Below are positions 1 through 11,049 of a DNA stretch of 64,000 nucleotides, one piece after another. Origin of the DNA: Squalus acanthias (lineage: Eukaryota); assembly GCA_030390025.1 (NCBI GenBank), contig CM059431.1:156862001-156926000 (forward strand), written 5' to 3'. The notes below the pieces were generated by a model, which searched no databases, was not told where the DNA came from, and saw nothing but the letters and a program-made list of their open reading frames with translations. The translations under genes and the position numbers were made by a program. Each line of letters starts with the position of its first letter. Position 1 is the stretch's first letter.

Positions 1-355
1 TCTGAGGGAAATTCCTACAGTTCATTTTTATATGCCAGTTAATGCCAGTTAATTTATTCACATGGCATTTGAAGTATGTGGTTATTACAGTTTTGATCTA
101 GCTTCAGGTTTTCCACTGGGACTGTAATGAGGATGCGTGATGCTTGCGCTGCTCGCTGTGTCATTTCGAAGGATCTTGGCTACTGGAATTACATTAACTG
201 CAAGAAGTTTCGCAGTGAATTCTCAGAGCTGATTTCAGTGGTGATCCCCAGGTTACTCATGGTGGCAGAACGCCGATGGCAATGCCATTGAATATCAACA
301 GCAATTGGTTATAATTTCTCTATTTGCATGCAGCAAGTACCAGGGACTTAGGCGG
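1..355 (-). mobile_element. Old, degraded LINE fragment (CR1/L2-group) that continues at 4543-4735 after interruption by a younger CR1
   Basis: Degenerate RT-coding sequence resembling, from memory, the common shark LINE family whose 3' end is at 5748-6140; 4543-4735 resumes where 355 stops. Confidence 0.55.
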
Positions 356-561
356 CATAAATAAGAACATAAGAACATAAGAAATAGGAGAAGGAGTAGG
401 CCAATCGGCCTCTCGAGCCTGCTCCGACATTCAATAAGATCATGGGTGATCTGATCCTAAGCTCAAATCTAAAGAACACAAGAAGTAGGAGCAGGACCCG
501 GCCACTCAGCCCCTGGGCCCGCTCCGTCACACACAGGGCCTTGACCGATCCGAACTCAGCC

Positions 562-2072
562 TCATGTCCAATTTCCTGCCCGCTCTCCGTAAACCCTAAT
601 TCTCTTTACTTCTAGGAAACTGTCTATCTCTGTTTTAAATTTATTTAATGATGTAGCTTCCACAACATCCTGGGGCAGCAAATTCCACAGATCCACTACC
701 CTCTGAGTGAAGAAGTTTCTCCTCATCTCAGTTTTGAAAGAGCAGCCCCTTATTCTAAGATTATGCCCCCTAGTTCTAGTTTCACCCATCCTTGGGAACA
801 TCCTTACCGCATTCACCCGATCAAGCCCCTTCACAATCTTATATGTTTCAATAAGATCGGCTCTCATTCTTTTGAACTACAATGAGTGGAGTCCCAATCT
901 ACTCAACCTCTCCTCATATGTCCAGCCCCTCATCCCCGGGATTAACCGAGTGAACCTTCTTTGTACTACTTCGAGAGCAAGTATGTATTTTCTTAAGTAT
1001 GGACACCAAAACTGTATGCAGTATTCCAGGTGCGGTCTCACCAATACCTTATATAACTGCAGCAACGCCTCCCTGTTTTTATAATCTATCACCCAAGCAA
1101 TAAAAGCCAACATTCCGTTGGCCTTCTTGATCACCTGCTGCACCTGCATACTAACTTTTTGATTTGCTTGCACTATGACACCCAGATCCCTTTGTACTGC
1201 AGTACTTTCCTGTTTCTCGCCATTAAGATAATAACTTGGTCTCTGATTTTTCCTGCCAAAGTGCATAACCTCACATTTTCCAATATTGTATTGCATCTGC
1301 CAAGTCTCCACACACTCACCCAGCCTGTCTATATCCCCTGGTAGTATTTTTATGTCCTCCTCACTTTCTACTTTCCCTCCCATCTTTGTATCATCTGCAA
1401 ACTTTGATATGTTACACTCGGTCCTCTCCTCCAAATCGTTAATATAGATTGTAAAGAGTTGGGGACCCAGCACCGACCCCTGCGGAACACCACTGTCTAC
1501 TGGTTCCCATTCCGAGAATGAACCATTTATCCCAACTCTCTGCTTCCTGTTAGATAACCAATCCTCCACCCATGCCAAAATATTACCCCCAATCCAGTGA
1601 TTTTTTATCTTGAGCAATAATCGTTGATGTGGCATCTTGTCGAATGCCTTCTGGAAGTCTAAATTCACTATGTCCACTGGTTCCCCTTTATCCACCCTGT
1701 ACGTTATGTCTTCAAAGAACTCAATCAAATTTGTCAGACATGACTTCCCCTTCATAAAGCCATGCTGACTTTGTCTATTAAATGTTCCGTTACTGTCTCC
1801 TTAATAATAGACTCCAAAATTTTACCCACCACAGATTTTAGGCTAACTGGTCTATAATTTTCAGCCTTCTGCCTGCTACCCTTTTTAAATAAGGGTGTTA
1901 CATTAGTTGTTTTCCAATCTGCCGGGACCTTTGCTGAGTCCAGGGAATTTTGGAAAATGATTACCAAAGCATCCACAATCCCTACTGCGACTTCCCTCAA
2001 GACCCATGGATGCAAGCCATCAGGTCCAGGGGATTTATCCGCCTTGATTCCCATTATTTTACTGAGTACCAA
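562..2072 (-). pseudogene. CR1 ORF2 reverse transcriptase region, broken into three ORFs
   Basis: ORFs 1752-2072, 877-1755 and 562-867 are consecutive pieces of one CR1 RT and C-terminal domain. Confidence 0.93.
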
Positions 2073-2179
2073 TTTCTTAGTGATTTTAATCGTATTTAGC
2101 TCCTCCCCCCCTAGAGCCCCCTGTTTGTCCAGTGTTGGGATATTCTTAGTGTCCTCTACCGTAAAGACTGAAACACAAT

Positions 2180-2939
2180 TGCCCGAAAATTAAACCTAAT
2201 ACGCGAGAGTACGCACTGTGTACTCTGCGTATTAGATCCCGAATTGCCGGTGTCCTGCATGCACTGCGCATGCGCGGGAAAGCGGCACTTCGTGAATTGC
2301 AAAGGGGGCGGTTCCTAAGTGAACCGCGTGCGCTCTCCAGGCTGTGGGCACGCAGAACACTTCGTTTTTTTTCAGCTTTGAACGCGCAGGCAAGTGGTGA
2401 AGATTTTACACACAAAGAAAGCAGGCATAGGACCACCTTTTAACCAGCTAAGTAGTTAATTAAGTGTTATTTAAAAAAAATTTCAACAGGTTTATCTTTT
2501 TTAGAGACTTTAAAGAAAGGTAAGTTTATTTTTATAACTTTTAAAAAGATTTTAAAATTTTTCAAAAATTTAATTTTTTGTTTAAAGTGGTTAATTTATT
2601 TAACTATACTTATTTTATTAATGTGAGGGCTTTTTTTAAATTTAATTGAGGTTTAGCTGTTCTTTTGGGGATTTGTAGTATTCATAGCTTTGGTGCTTTT
2701 GCCGTCAAAACTATGAATGAAAGATAGTGTGCTGCCATTGGCTCCAACTGAATCTCGTGATCCCAGAGCTCGCACGGACTAATTACGCCACTGGGAGACG
2801 CACACACTGCACGGTTGCAACAGGGAGAGGCTTTGAATCTAAAATTCGTGTGGGCCCGGAGTAAAAAGGTAGGCGCGGAGTGCGATATCGCCGGGAATCC
2901 TTACCCCCGCGGGAACCATCCATGTTTAATTTCTGGGCC
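2180..2939. mobile_element. Non-autonomous DNA transposon (MITE, PIF/Harbinger-like) inserted in the CR1
   Basis: Terminal inverted repeats close to GGCCCAGAAATTA, AAT duplicated at 2177-2179 and 2940-2942, AT-rich core; reverse-complement homologue at 27867-28606. Confidence 0.88.
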
Positions 2940-3524
2940 AATATTTGTTCAGTATTTCTGACATCTCCATGTTTCCCACCTTTAATTTCCCGGTCTCATC
3001 CTCTAAGGGACCTTCGTTTCCCCAAGCCACCCTTTGTATTTTTATATAACTATAGAAACTCTTGCTATCTGTTTTTATAGTTTTTGCTAATTTATTTTCT
3101 TAATATATCTTCCCTTTCTTTATCAATCCTTTAGTTACTTTTTGCTGTCTTTTGAACACTACCCAATCTTCTATCCTCCCACTAAGTTTGTCTACCTTAT
3201 ATGTCCTGGTTTTTAGTCGGAAAACTATCCTTAATTTCTTTACTTAGCTATGGGTGGCTATCATTTCTTTCACACCCTTTTTTCCTCAGTGGAATATATA
3301 TTTTTTGAAAGTTGTAAAATAACTCCTGAAATAAAAACCACTGCTCATGTACCGTCTTACCCTTTAATCTATTTTCCCAGGCCACTTTTTCAATTCCGCT
3401 CTCATACCATCATCGTCTCCTTTATTCAAGCTCAGTACGCTTGTTTGAGAAACAACCTTCTCACCCTCTAATTGGATATGGAATTCAACCATGTTATGTT
3501 CACTCATTCCAAGGGGATCCTTAA

Positions 3525-4130
3525 CTAGGACATTAATAATCCTGACTCATTACACAGGACCAGGTCCAAGTTTGCTTGCCCCCTTGTATGATCAGTTACA
3601 TACTGCTCAAGAAATCCATCCCTAATACACTCAATAAACTCTTCCTCAAGGCTGCCCTGCACAATTTGATTTGTCCAGTTAATATGATAGTTAAAATCCG
3701 CCATAATTATAGCTGTTCCCTTATTACATGCCCCAACTATTTCCTGATTAATAATTCTTCCAGCAGAGTTGCAACTATTAGGTGGCCTATATACTACTCC
3801 CACTAGTGTTTTTTTCCCCTTATTATTCCTTATCGCCACCCAAACTGTTTCATTATCCTGATCCTTTGACCCAATATCATTTCTCTGTATTACAGTGATT
3901 CCTTCCTTTGTTAACATAGCCACGCCACCTCCCCTTCCTTCCTGCCTGTCCTTCCTGATTGTTAAATACGCTGGCATATTTAATTCCCAGTCGTTGTCAC
4001 CCTGCAGCCACATTTCTGTAATGGCCACAAGATCATACACATAAATAGTTATTTGTGCCGTTAACTCATCCATTTTGTTAAGAATGCTACGTGCATTCAC
4101 ACAAAGAAATTTCAAATATGTTTTGTGACA
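3525..4130 (-). pseudogene. CR1 ORF2 apurinic-type endonuclease domain remnant
   Basis: LCVNARSILNKMDEL...AITEMWL...RKDR..GRGGGVA...GVVYRPP...ADFN...LDLVL in ORF 3525-4478. Confidence 0.92.
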
Positions 4131-5209
4131 CTTAGTTCCTGCTTTTTCCTTTTTTAACACTTTAACTTTTACTCCATACCTTCTGTCCCTTCCTGACACG
4201 CTTTCCTCTGTCTCCCTGCTCAGGTGCCCAACCCCCTGCCACTTTAGTTTAAACCCTCCCCCACAGCACTCGCTAACAGTCCCCCTAGGACAGTGGTCCC
4301 GGCCCTGCCCAGGTGCAAGTCGTCCGGATTGTACTGGTCCCACCTCCCCCAGAACCGGTTCCAATGTCCCAGGAATTTGAATCCCTCCCCCTTGCATCAT
4401 TTGAAATATTCTCCTATTTCTACTCTGACTAGCACGTGGCACTGGTAGGAATCCTGAGATTACTACCTTTGAGGTCATATTTTATAATTTACCTGCTAAC
4501 TCCCTATATTCTGCTTTTAGGACCTCATCCCCTTTTTTACCTATAATGTTACCTTTCACTTATCGGCCCAAACCCGGTTGTTGTCCAGTTCTTGCGTCAT
4601 GCGGGCATGGACGGCCTCATTTACTGATTAATTGCCAATGCAACTGCACACGGTGCAGCGATCAGCGAGGAGCACCAATTCTGAATTTTTGAAGGAAGGT
4701 CAATGATGAAGCAGCTGACGAGAATTATGCCTAGCTGGCTACCGTTTAAAAATCATGGTTAGTCCATGAGATCCTGTACTCTTATTAGGGATGTATTCAT
4801 TGAAAATTCCAGAAAGAATAATTTGACAGAGAGATATTTCAGAAGAGCTCACATGTTGTTCACACAATTTCAGGGTGGCTACTGAGGTTAAATAAGTATA
4901 GCATAAAGTATTACTTATATCGTTAATTGCACAGAACAATGTCTGTCTAAACAGTCATTCATATGACTCATTTAACACAATAGGATTCAAAGATATATGA
5001 AGCATACCTCATGATCTGTTTCAGTAAATATTTTTGCCTTTACAAACGAGTGACTAACGTCCTCAACTACCGGTTCAATTGACTGTTCTAGTCTCTGACG
5101 GTAGAGAAGGATCATTCTGCGGAGATGGATATCCGATATTTCTGTCAAGGTGTAAATTAGAACAAATCAATATACAATGGCCGCTATGAAACAGTCAATA
5201 CACTGACCT

Positions 5210-5740
5210 AACTGCTATCACAACAGCAGTTGTTTAGAGTCTTTCAAGCAGTGACACGGCCAGTGGTATTCAGAATTAACGCTGCCTTTTCTTGCTGGAG
5301 TTAAGAGAAACAACCCAGGCCTTTCAACATCTGGTCGCTGTTTAAAATAATTAAGAATTAGAGAGGTGGAAGCACATAGGAACCTATTCCAGTCAGTGGG
5401 GATGGATTCTATGTCTGGAATCTGGAGCTGATGAACCGATACATTGGGGACCACAACAAGGGGAGAGGAGGGACAGGAGTGCAACAGAGAGGATGTGAAG
5501 ATGTTTTTAGAGATAAGGTGGGCGAGGAATTTGCAGATGAGTAGGAGTATTTCACAAATGTTCAACGTGGGATAAGGAATCAAAGGTCAGTTAATGAGAG
5601 CATTACGGATCCGTGCAACTAAGGGTTTATTTGAATCGGAGTAGTGGAGCTCTGTCCAAGCTGAAATTTATAACGTGCTGTTTCAAAGGTCGTTTAAAGA
5701 ATTGAGTCTGAAACTCACACAAGCATGCATAAAGTAACAT
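5210..5740 (-). mobile_element. Very old L2 LINE 3' fragment
   Basis: Patchy similarity to the reverse complement of the L2 3' end at 17462-18450 and to remembered shark L2 sequence. Confidence 0.5.
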
Positions 5741-5747
5741 CATTCAG

Positions 5748-6140
5748 TTCCTTCCCATCAACGGTGCACCGTGGCTGTAGAGCGTACCATCTATAAGATG
5801 CACTGCAGCAACTCGCCAAGGCTTCGTTGGCAGCAACACCTAAACCCGCGACCTCTACCACCTAGAAGGACAAGGGCTGCAGGCGAATGGGAACACCACC
5901 ACCTGCAAGTTCCCCTCCTAGTCACACACCTTCCTGACTTGGAAGTATATCGCCGCTCCTTCGCCATCGCCGGGACAAAATCCTGGCACACACCCCCAAT
6001 AGCATTGTGGGAGTACCTTCACCATACGGAATACATCAGTTCAAGAAAGCTGCTAACAAGTACCTTCTCAAGGGCAATTACGGATGGGCAATAAATGCTG
6101 GCCTTGCCAGCGACGCCCACATCACTTAAATTAATAAAAA
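5748..6140 (+). mobile_element. 3' end of a CR1/L2-group LINE
   Basis: TIYKMHCSNSPRL..PNPRPLPPRRTRAAG..YRRSF..AG.KSW C-terminal LINE ORF2 peptide, then AATAAA and an A-rich tail; an inverted second copy lies at 55575-55705. Confidence 0.8.
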
Positions 6141-6184
6141 TATATATATTTATATTAAAGCGCATGTCCAGAAAATTAACGTAT

Positions 6185-6405
6185 AAGTATTCCTGAAGAT
6201 GATCTGAGATTTCAGGTTATATTTCACAGTGTATCAGGAGCATATCAGGTGTGTTTGCGGTTTTACAGTGTATCAGGAATATGCCAGATGCGCCTGGCTT
6301 TCAAAGCCTATCGGTATCCTGCCAGGATTGTATGGGGTTTCAAATTTTATCGAGATCATATCAGCTATCTAAGGGCTGAACAGTGTATAAGAATTCTGCC
6401 AGGTG
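6185..6405. repeat. Degenerate 39-bp tandem repeat, left part
   Basis: Units close to CAGTGTATCAGGATCCTGCCAGGTGTGTATGGGGTTTCA; the array resumes at 10680. Confidence 0.75.
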
Positions 6406-7661
6406 TCACAGAGTCATACGGCACAGAAGGACGCCATTTGCCGATCGAGTCCGTGCCGGCTCTCTGTAGAGCAATCAAGTCAATCCCATGCCCCCGCTAT
6501 ATCACCGTAGCCCTGCAAGTTTATTTCCCTCAAGTGACTTTCCAGTCTCCCCCTAAAAACATTGAGTCTCTCCGCCTGCACCACTGCCGTCGGCAGCGAC
6601 TTCCACGTCATCACCACTCTCTGTGTAAAAAGTTTTTCCTCACGTACACCCTTTTTCTCTTGCACAAAATCTCAAATCTGTGTCCCCAATCCTTCTACCA
6701 TCAACTAGTAGGAACAGCCTTTCCCCGTCTAGCCTGTTCAAATCCGTCATAATCTTGTACACTTTTATCAAATCACGCCTCAAACTCCTTTGCTCTATTG
6801 AAAACAAATCCAGCTTCTCAAACGTGTCCCTGTAGCTAAGGTCCCCCATCCCTGGAACCATTCTTGTGAATCTCCTCTGCACCGTCTCAAACGTCTTCAC
6901 ATCCTCCCTAAAGTATGGTGACCAGAATTCCAGTTGAGGACCAACCAGCACTTTATAAAGGTTCAGCATAAATTCTCTACTTTTGTACTCAATACCTCTA
7001 TTTATGAAGCCCAGGATCCCATCTGCTTTGCTAACCACTCTCTCAATATATTCTGCCACCATCAGGGACCTATACACATTAACTACCAGGTCCCTCTTTC
7101 ACTGCACATTCTTTAAAATTGTGCCATTAAGTGTATATTTAATCCCCCTTTTCCTTCTGCCAAAATGCATCACCTCACATTTCTCTGTAATAAATTGCAT
7201 CTGCCACTTGTCTGCCCATTCTGCTAGCCTTTCTATGTCCTGTTGCAATTGATTGGCATCATATTTAATGTTTGCCATACCCCCAACTTGGTATCATCGG
7301 CAAATATAAAAATTCGAATCAGTATTCCAATATCCAGTTCATTTCTATATAACATAACGAAGCAGTGCCCCCAGCAATGACTTTTGGGGAACACTACTGT
7401 CTACCATCCTCCAGTCTAAAAAACAGCCAGTTACTACAATTTACTGATTTCTGTCCTTAAGCCAATTTCTTATCCAAGCTTCCACTGACCACACATTCCA
7501 TGAGTTTCAATTTTGTTAACCAATCTTCGATGTGGTACTTTGTGAAACGCCTTCCTGAAATCTACGTTGACAACATCCATTTAATTCCCTTCATCAATTA
7601 TTTCTGTTACTTTATCAAAAAATTCAATTAGATTATTCAAACAAGATCTGCCTTTTACAAA

Positions 7662-9133
7662 AGCAAAATACTGCGGATGCTGGAAATCTGAAAAATCCCC
7701 AGAAAATGCTGGAAATACTCAGCAGATCAGGCAACATCTTTGGAGATAGAAACAGATTTAACGTTTCAAGTGTAAATGATACTTGCAGAAGGAAAGACAG
7801 CTGCCATGTGGGAGAGAAAAATATATATAAAAAAGCATAATATAGCCCATTGACTCCCACAGCTACCTGGACTACACTTCCTCCCACCCCGCTTCCTGTA
7901 AGGACTCTAATCCATTCTCGCAGTTTCTCCATCTTCGCTGCATGTGCTCTGACGATGCCACGTTCCATATCAGTGCTGCGGACATGTCTTCCTTTTTCCT
8001 CCACCGAGGATTGCAGTCTACTGTGGGTGACTGTGTCCGTTCTATTTCCCGCACTTCTGCTCTCACCCCTTCCCCTCCCTCCCGGAACCACGATAGGAAT
8101 CACCTTGTATCACCTTTCACCCCACCAGCCACCACAATCAACGGATCATCCTCCGCCATTTCCGCCAGCTCCAGCGTGATCCCACCACACAACACATCTT
8201 CCCCTCGTCTCCCTTTTCAGCATTCCGACGGGACCGCTACCTCCGCGATACCCTTGTCCTCTCCTTTATCACCCTCAACACTCCTTCCCCTTCACCCAGC
8301 ACCTTCGCGTGCAAGCGCAGGAGATGCAACACATGCATTTTTATGTCCAGCCTTCCAACTGTCCAGGGCCCCAAACACTACTTCCAGGTGAAACAGCGAT
8401 TTACTTGTACTTCTTCAAATTTAGTATACTCTATTCGCTGCTCACGATGCAGTCTCCTCTAAATTTGGGATAGCAAATGCAAATCGGCTGACCGCTTTGC
8501 GGAACACCTCCTTTCAGTAGGTAACGGTAAGCCCGAGCTTCCTGTCGCCTGTCACTTTAATTCTCCACTCCACTCCCACTCAGACCTCACCGTCCTCGGC
8601 CTCTTACTCTGTTTCAATGAAGCTCAATCTAAGTTCGAGGAACAGCACCTCATTTTTCGATTAGGCACTTCACAGCCCACTGGACTCAACACAGAATTCA
8701 ACAATTTCAGGCAATTACCTGTGGTCCTATACTTTTTTTTACCATTTATTTTATTTCATTTTATTTATTTATTTGTTTTCTCTCTCCCACATGGCAGCTG
8801 TCCTTCATTGTGCCAGTGATATTTACACTTCATCTCGGGAAAACTTTTGTTTCTTTACTTGTTCCATTACCATCTCCTTTTGCCTTGAACCATCTCTTAA
8901 TCTCTCTTAATATATCTTCATCTCTCCTGCCTTCCATCCTTTCACAGACCTTCCCTTTTGTTCTTTCCTCCCCTCCCCCCTTTCCCTGCCCCAGCACTTT
9001 CTTAAAAACTTGTTCCATCTCCAGCTATTTCCAGTTCTGACGAAGGGTCATCGACCTGAAACGTTGGCTCTGTTTCTCTCTCCACAGATGCTGCCTGACC
9101 TGCTGAGTATTTCCAGCATTTTCTGTTTTCATT
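7662..9133 (+). mobile_element. Penelope-like element, 5'-truncated, with inverted partial terminal repeat
   Basis: RT C-terminus DSHSYLDYTSSHPASCKDS.PFSQFL.LRCMCSDD (7850-7970); GIY-YIG remnant FTCTSSNLVYSIRCSRCSLL*IWDSK...DRFAEHL (8400-8510); 7662-7830 is an inverted copy of the 3' end; 15-bp TSD TCTGCCTTTTACAAA at 7647-7661 and 9134-9148. Confidence 0.93.
9031..9070 (+). ncRNA. Minimal type-I hammerhead ribozyme motif in Penelope 3' repeat
   Basis: AGTT-CTGACGA-A-GGGTC-ATC-GACCT-GAAA-CGTT-GGCT: conserved core, stem II, palindromic AACGTT stem III, wobble-paired stem I. Confidence 0.75.
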
Positions 9134-10679
9134 TCTGCCTTTTACAAATCCCTGTTGGCTCTCCTTAATTAGTTTATACCTCTCCAACTGCTCGTTAAGT
9201 TTTTCCTTGATTATTGCTTCTAAAACTTTACCAACTACTGATGTCAAACTGACGCACCTATAGTTACTGGATTGTCCTTACACCCTTTCATTGAACAATG
9301 GTGCCACATTTGCCACTTTCCAATCCTCAAGCCCTGCCCCACATCTAAGGCAGTTTGGAGAATTATGGCAAGCGCTTCCACTAACTCCTCCCCCAAATTA
9401 TCTTCTGAACCTGGGATTCAAGCCATCTGGGCCAGGCGACTTATCCACTCTAAGCATACCCAACCTATTCTAGTACATCCTGTATATCAATTTTCAACCC
9501 TTCCATAGCTACTTACTTTTCCACTTCTGTCGATATTTGGTCAGCATCCACCTCCTTAGCAAGCACCGATACAAAGTACTCATTGAGTATTCTAGCCTTG
9601 CCCTGCACCTCCAAGCATCTATCACCTTCTTTGTCTTGAATAGGCCCCACACCGGTTCTTATTACCCGCTTACTGATTACATGCCGGTAGAAGATTTCTC
9701 GGTTCTCTTTTATGTTAAACGCCATTCTACACTCATATTCTCTCTTTGCCAAACTTATTTTCATCTTCACTTCCCCTCTCAACTTATTGTATTTGGTCTG
9801 GTCCTCCCTGTCTTGAAGAATTAACCTGAAATGCATCATACACCCTCTTTTTGCGTTATCATCTTCTCTATCTCCCTCGTCATCCAAGGAGCTCTTGCTT
9901 TTGTTCCTTTACCATTCCCTCTTTTTGGAATGAACCTATCCTGTACTTGGAACATCTTCTCCTTAAAGATTGTTCAGTTACAGATTTTCCTGTCAGTCTT
10001 TGGTTCCATTTTACCCTGGCTAGTTTGTTTCGCATCCCGTTGAAATTAATCCTATTCCAGATTAAAAGCTCCAATCTAGATTTTTCCTTGCTCCTCTCCA
10101 TTGCTAATCTAATTTTTATGAGACGATGATCACTCATGCACCAAGTGTTCTCCCACAGACACTTGTTCGACCTGGCCCATCTCATTCCCCAGCACCAGAT
10201 CAAGCAATGCCTACTTCCTGTTTGGTCCTGAAGCATATTGGTCAAGGAAATTCTCCTGAACTTTTTCAGACATTCCTCCCCCTTATTTCCCTATATCCTA
10301 GTATTATCCCAATCAATATTTGGGTAACTAAAGTCCCCCAATATCAACTCTCGTTAGCTCTTGAATATATCTGCGATATCCCTGCAGATTTGCTCCTCTG
10401 CCTCCTTCTCACTATTTGGAGGCCTATAGAATAACCCCAAAAGCGTGATGTTATGCTTTTAGCTCCTCAACTCAAACCAAATGGATTATATCCTTGTCCC
10501 CTCAAGAACATCCTCCCTTTCCAACACTAGAATGAGTTCCTTTATCAGCACTGCCACCGCACATCCGTTTTTCCTTCCTTATCTTTTCTGAACACCATGT
10601 ACCCTTCAATATTAGGTGCCCAGTCCTCACCGTTTTTAGCCACGTTTCCGTTATTGCCACAACATCATATTTCTACACG

Positions 10680-11045
10680 GGGTTTCAGATAGTAACGGGA
10701 TTCTGAGAAATATACCTGGGGTTTTAAAGTATATCATGATCCTACCATATGTTTAAGAGTTTTTTAGTATATCGGGAATCCTGGCAGGTGAGCATTTGGT
10801 TCCAATGTATATAGGGATCTTGTCATGTGCGTCTGTGGTTTCTCAGTGTATCTGGATCCTACCAGGTTTCTATGCGGTTTCACGGTCTATTGGGTTCCTG
10901 CCAGGTGTATATGGGTGCTCAAAGTGCATCAGTATTCTGCGTGGTGTGTATGGCCTTCCACAGTGTATCACGATCCTGCTCGGTGTGTATGGGCTTTCAT
11001 GGTGTATCAGGATACTGACAAGTGTCTATGCGGTTTCAAAGTAAA
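10680..11045. repeat. Degenerate 39-bp tandem repeat, right part
   Basis: About nine units of the same motif as 6185-6405. Confidence 0.8.
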
Positions 11046-11049
11046 TCAA

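Larger units (their letters stand above)
358..4542 (-). mobile_element. CR1-clade LINE (HER1-like), 5'-truncated: end of ORF1, ORF2 with frameshifts and deletions, 3' UTR and (TTCTTATG)n tail
   Basis: APE motifs NARSI/ITEMWL/GGGVA/VYRPP (3525-4130); RT motifs GPDG, NYRPVSL, LDFQKAFDK, GVPQGSVLGP, FADDTK (562-2072); 8-bp microsatellite tail at 360-385. Confidence 0.96.
6406..10680 (-). mobile_element. Second CR1 LINE (decayed ORF2), split by a Penelope insertion
   Basis: GILGFINRGIEYKSRE, VQRRFTRM, FTQRVV.TWKSLP, TSVVGKVLEAIIK, RILNEYFVSV and a YRPP remnant near 10425. Confidence 0.93.

Noticed and set aside
707..1084. Plus-strand ORFs over CR1 copies (also 6249-6752 and 58118-58330)
   Set aside because: Antisense shadows of CR1 ORF2.
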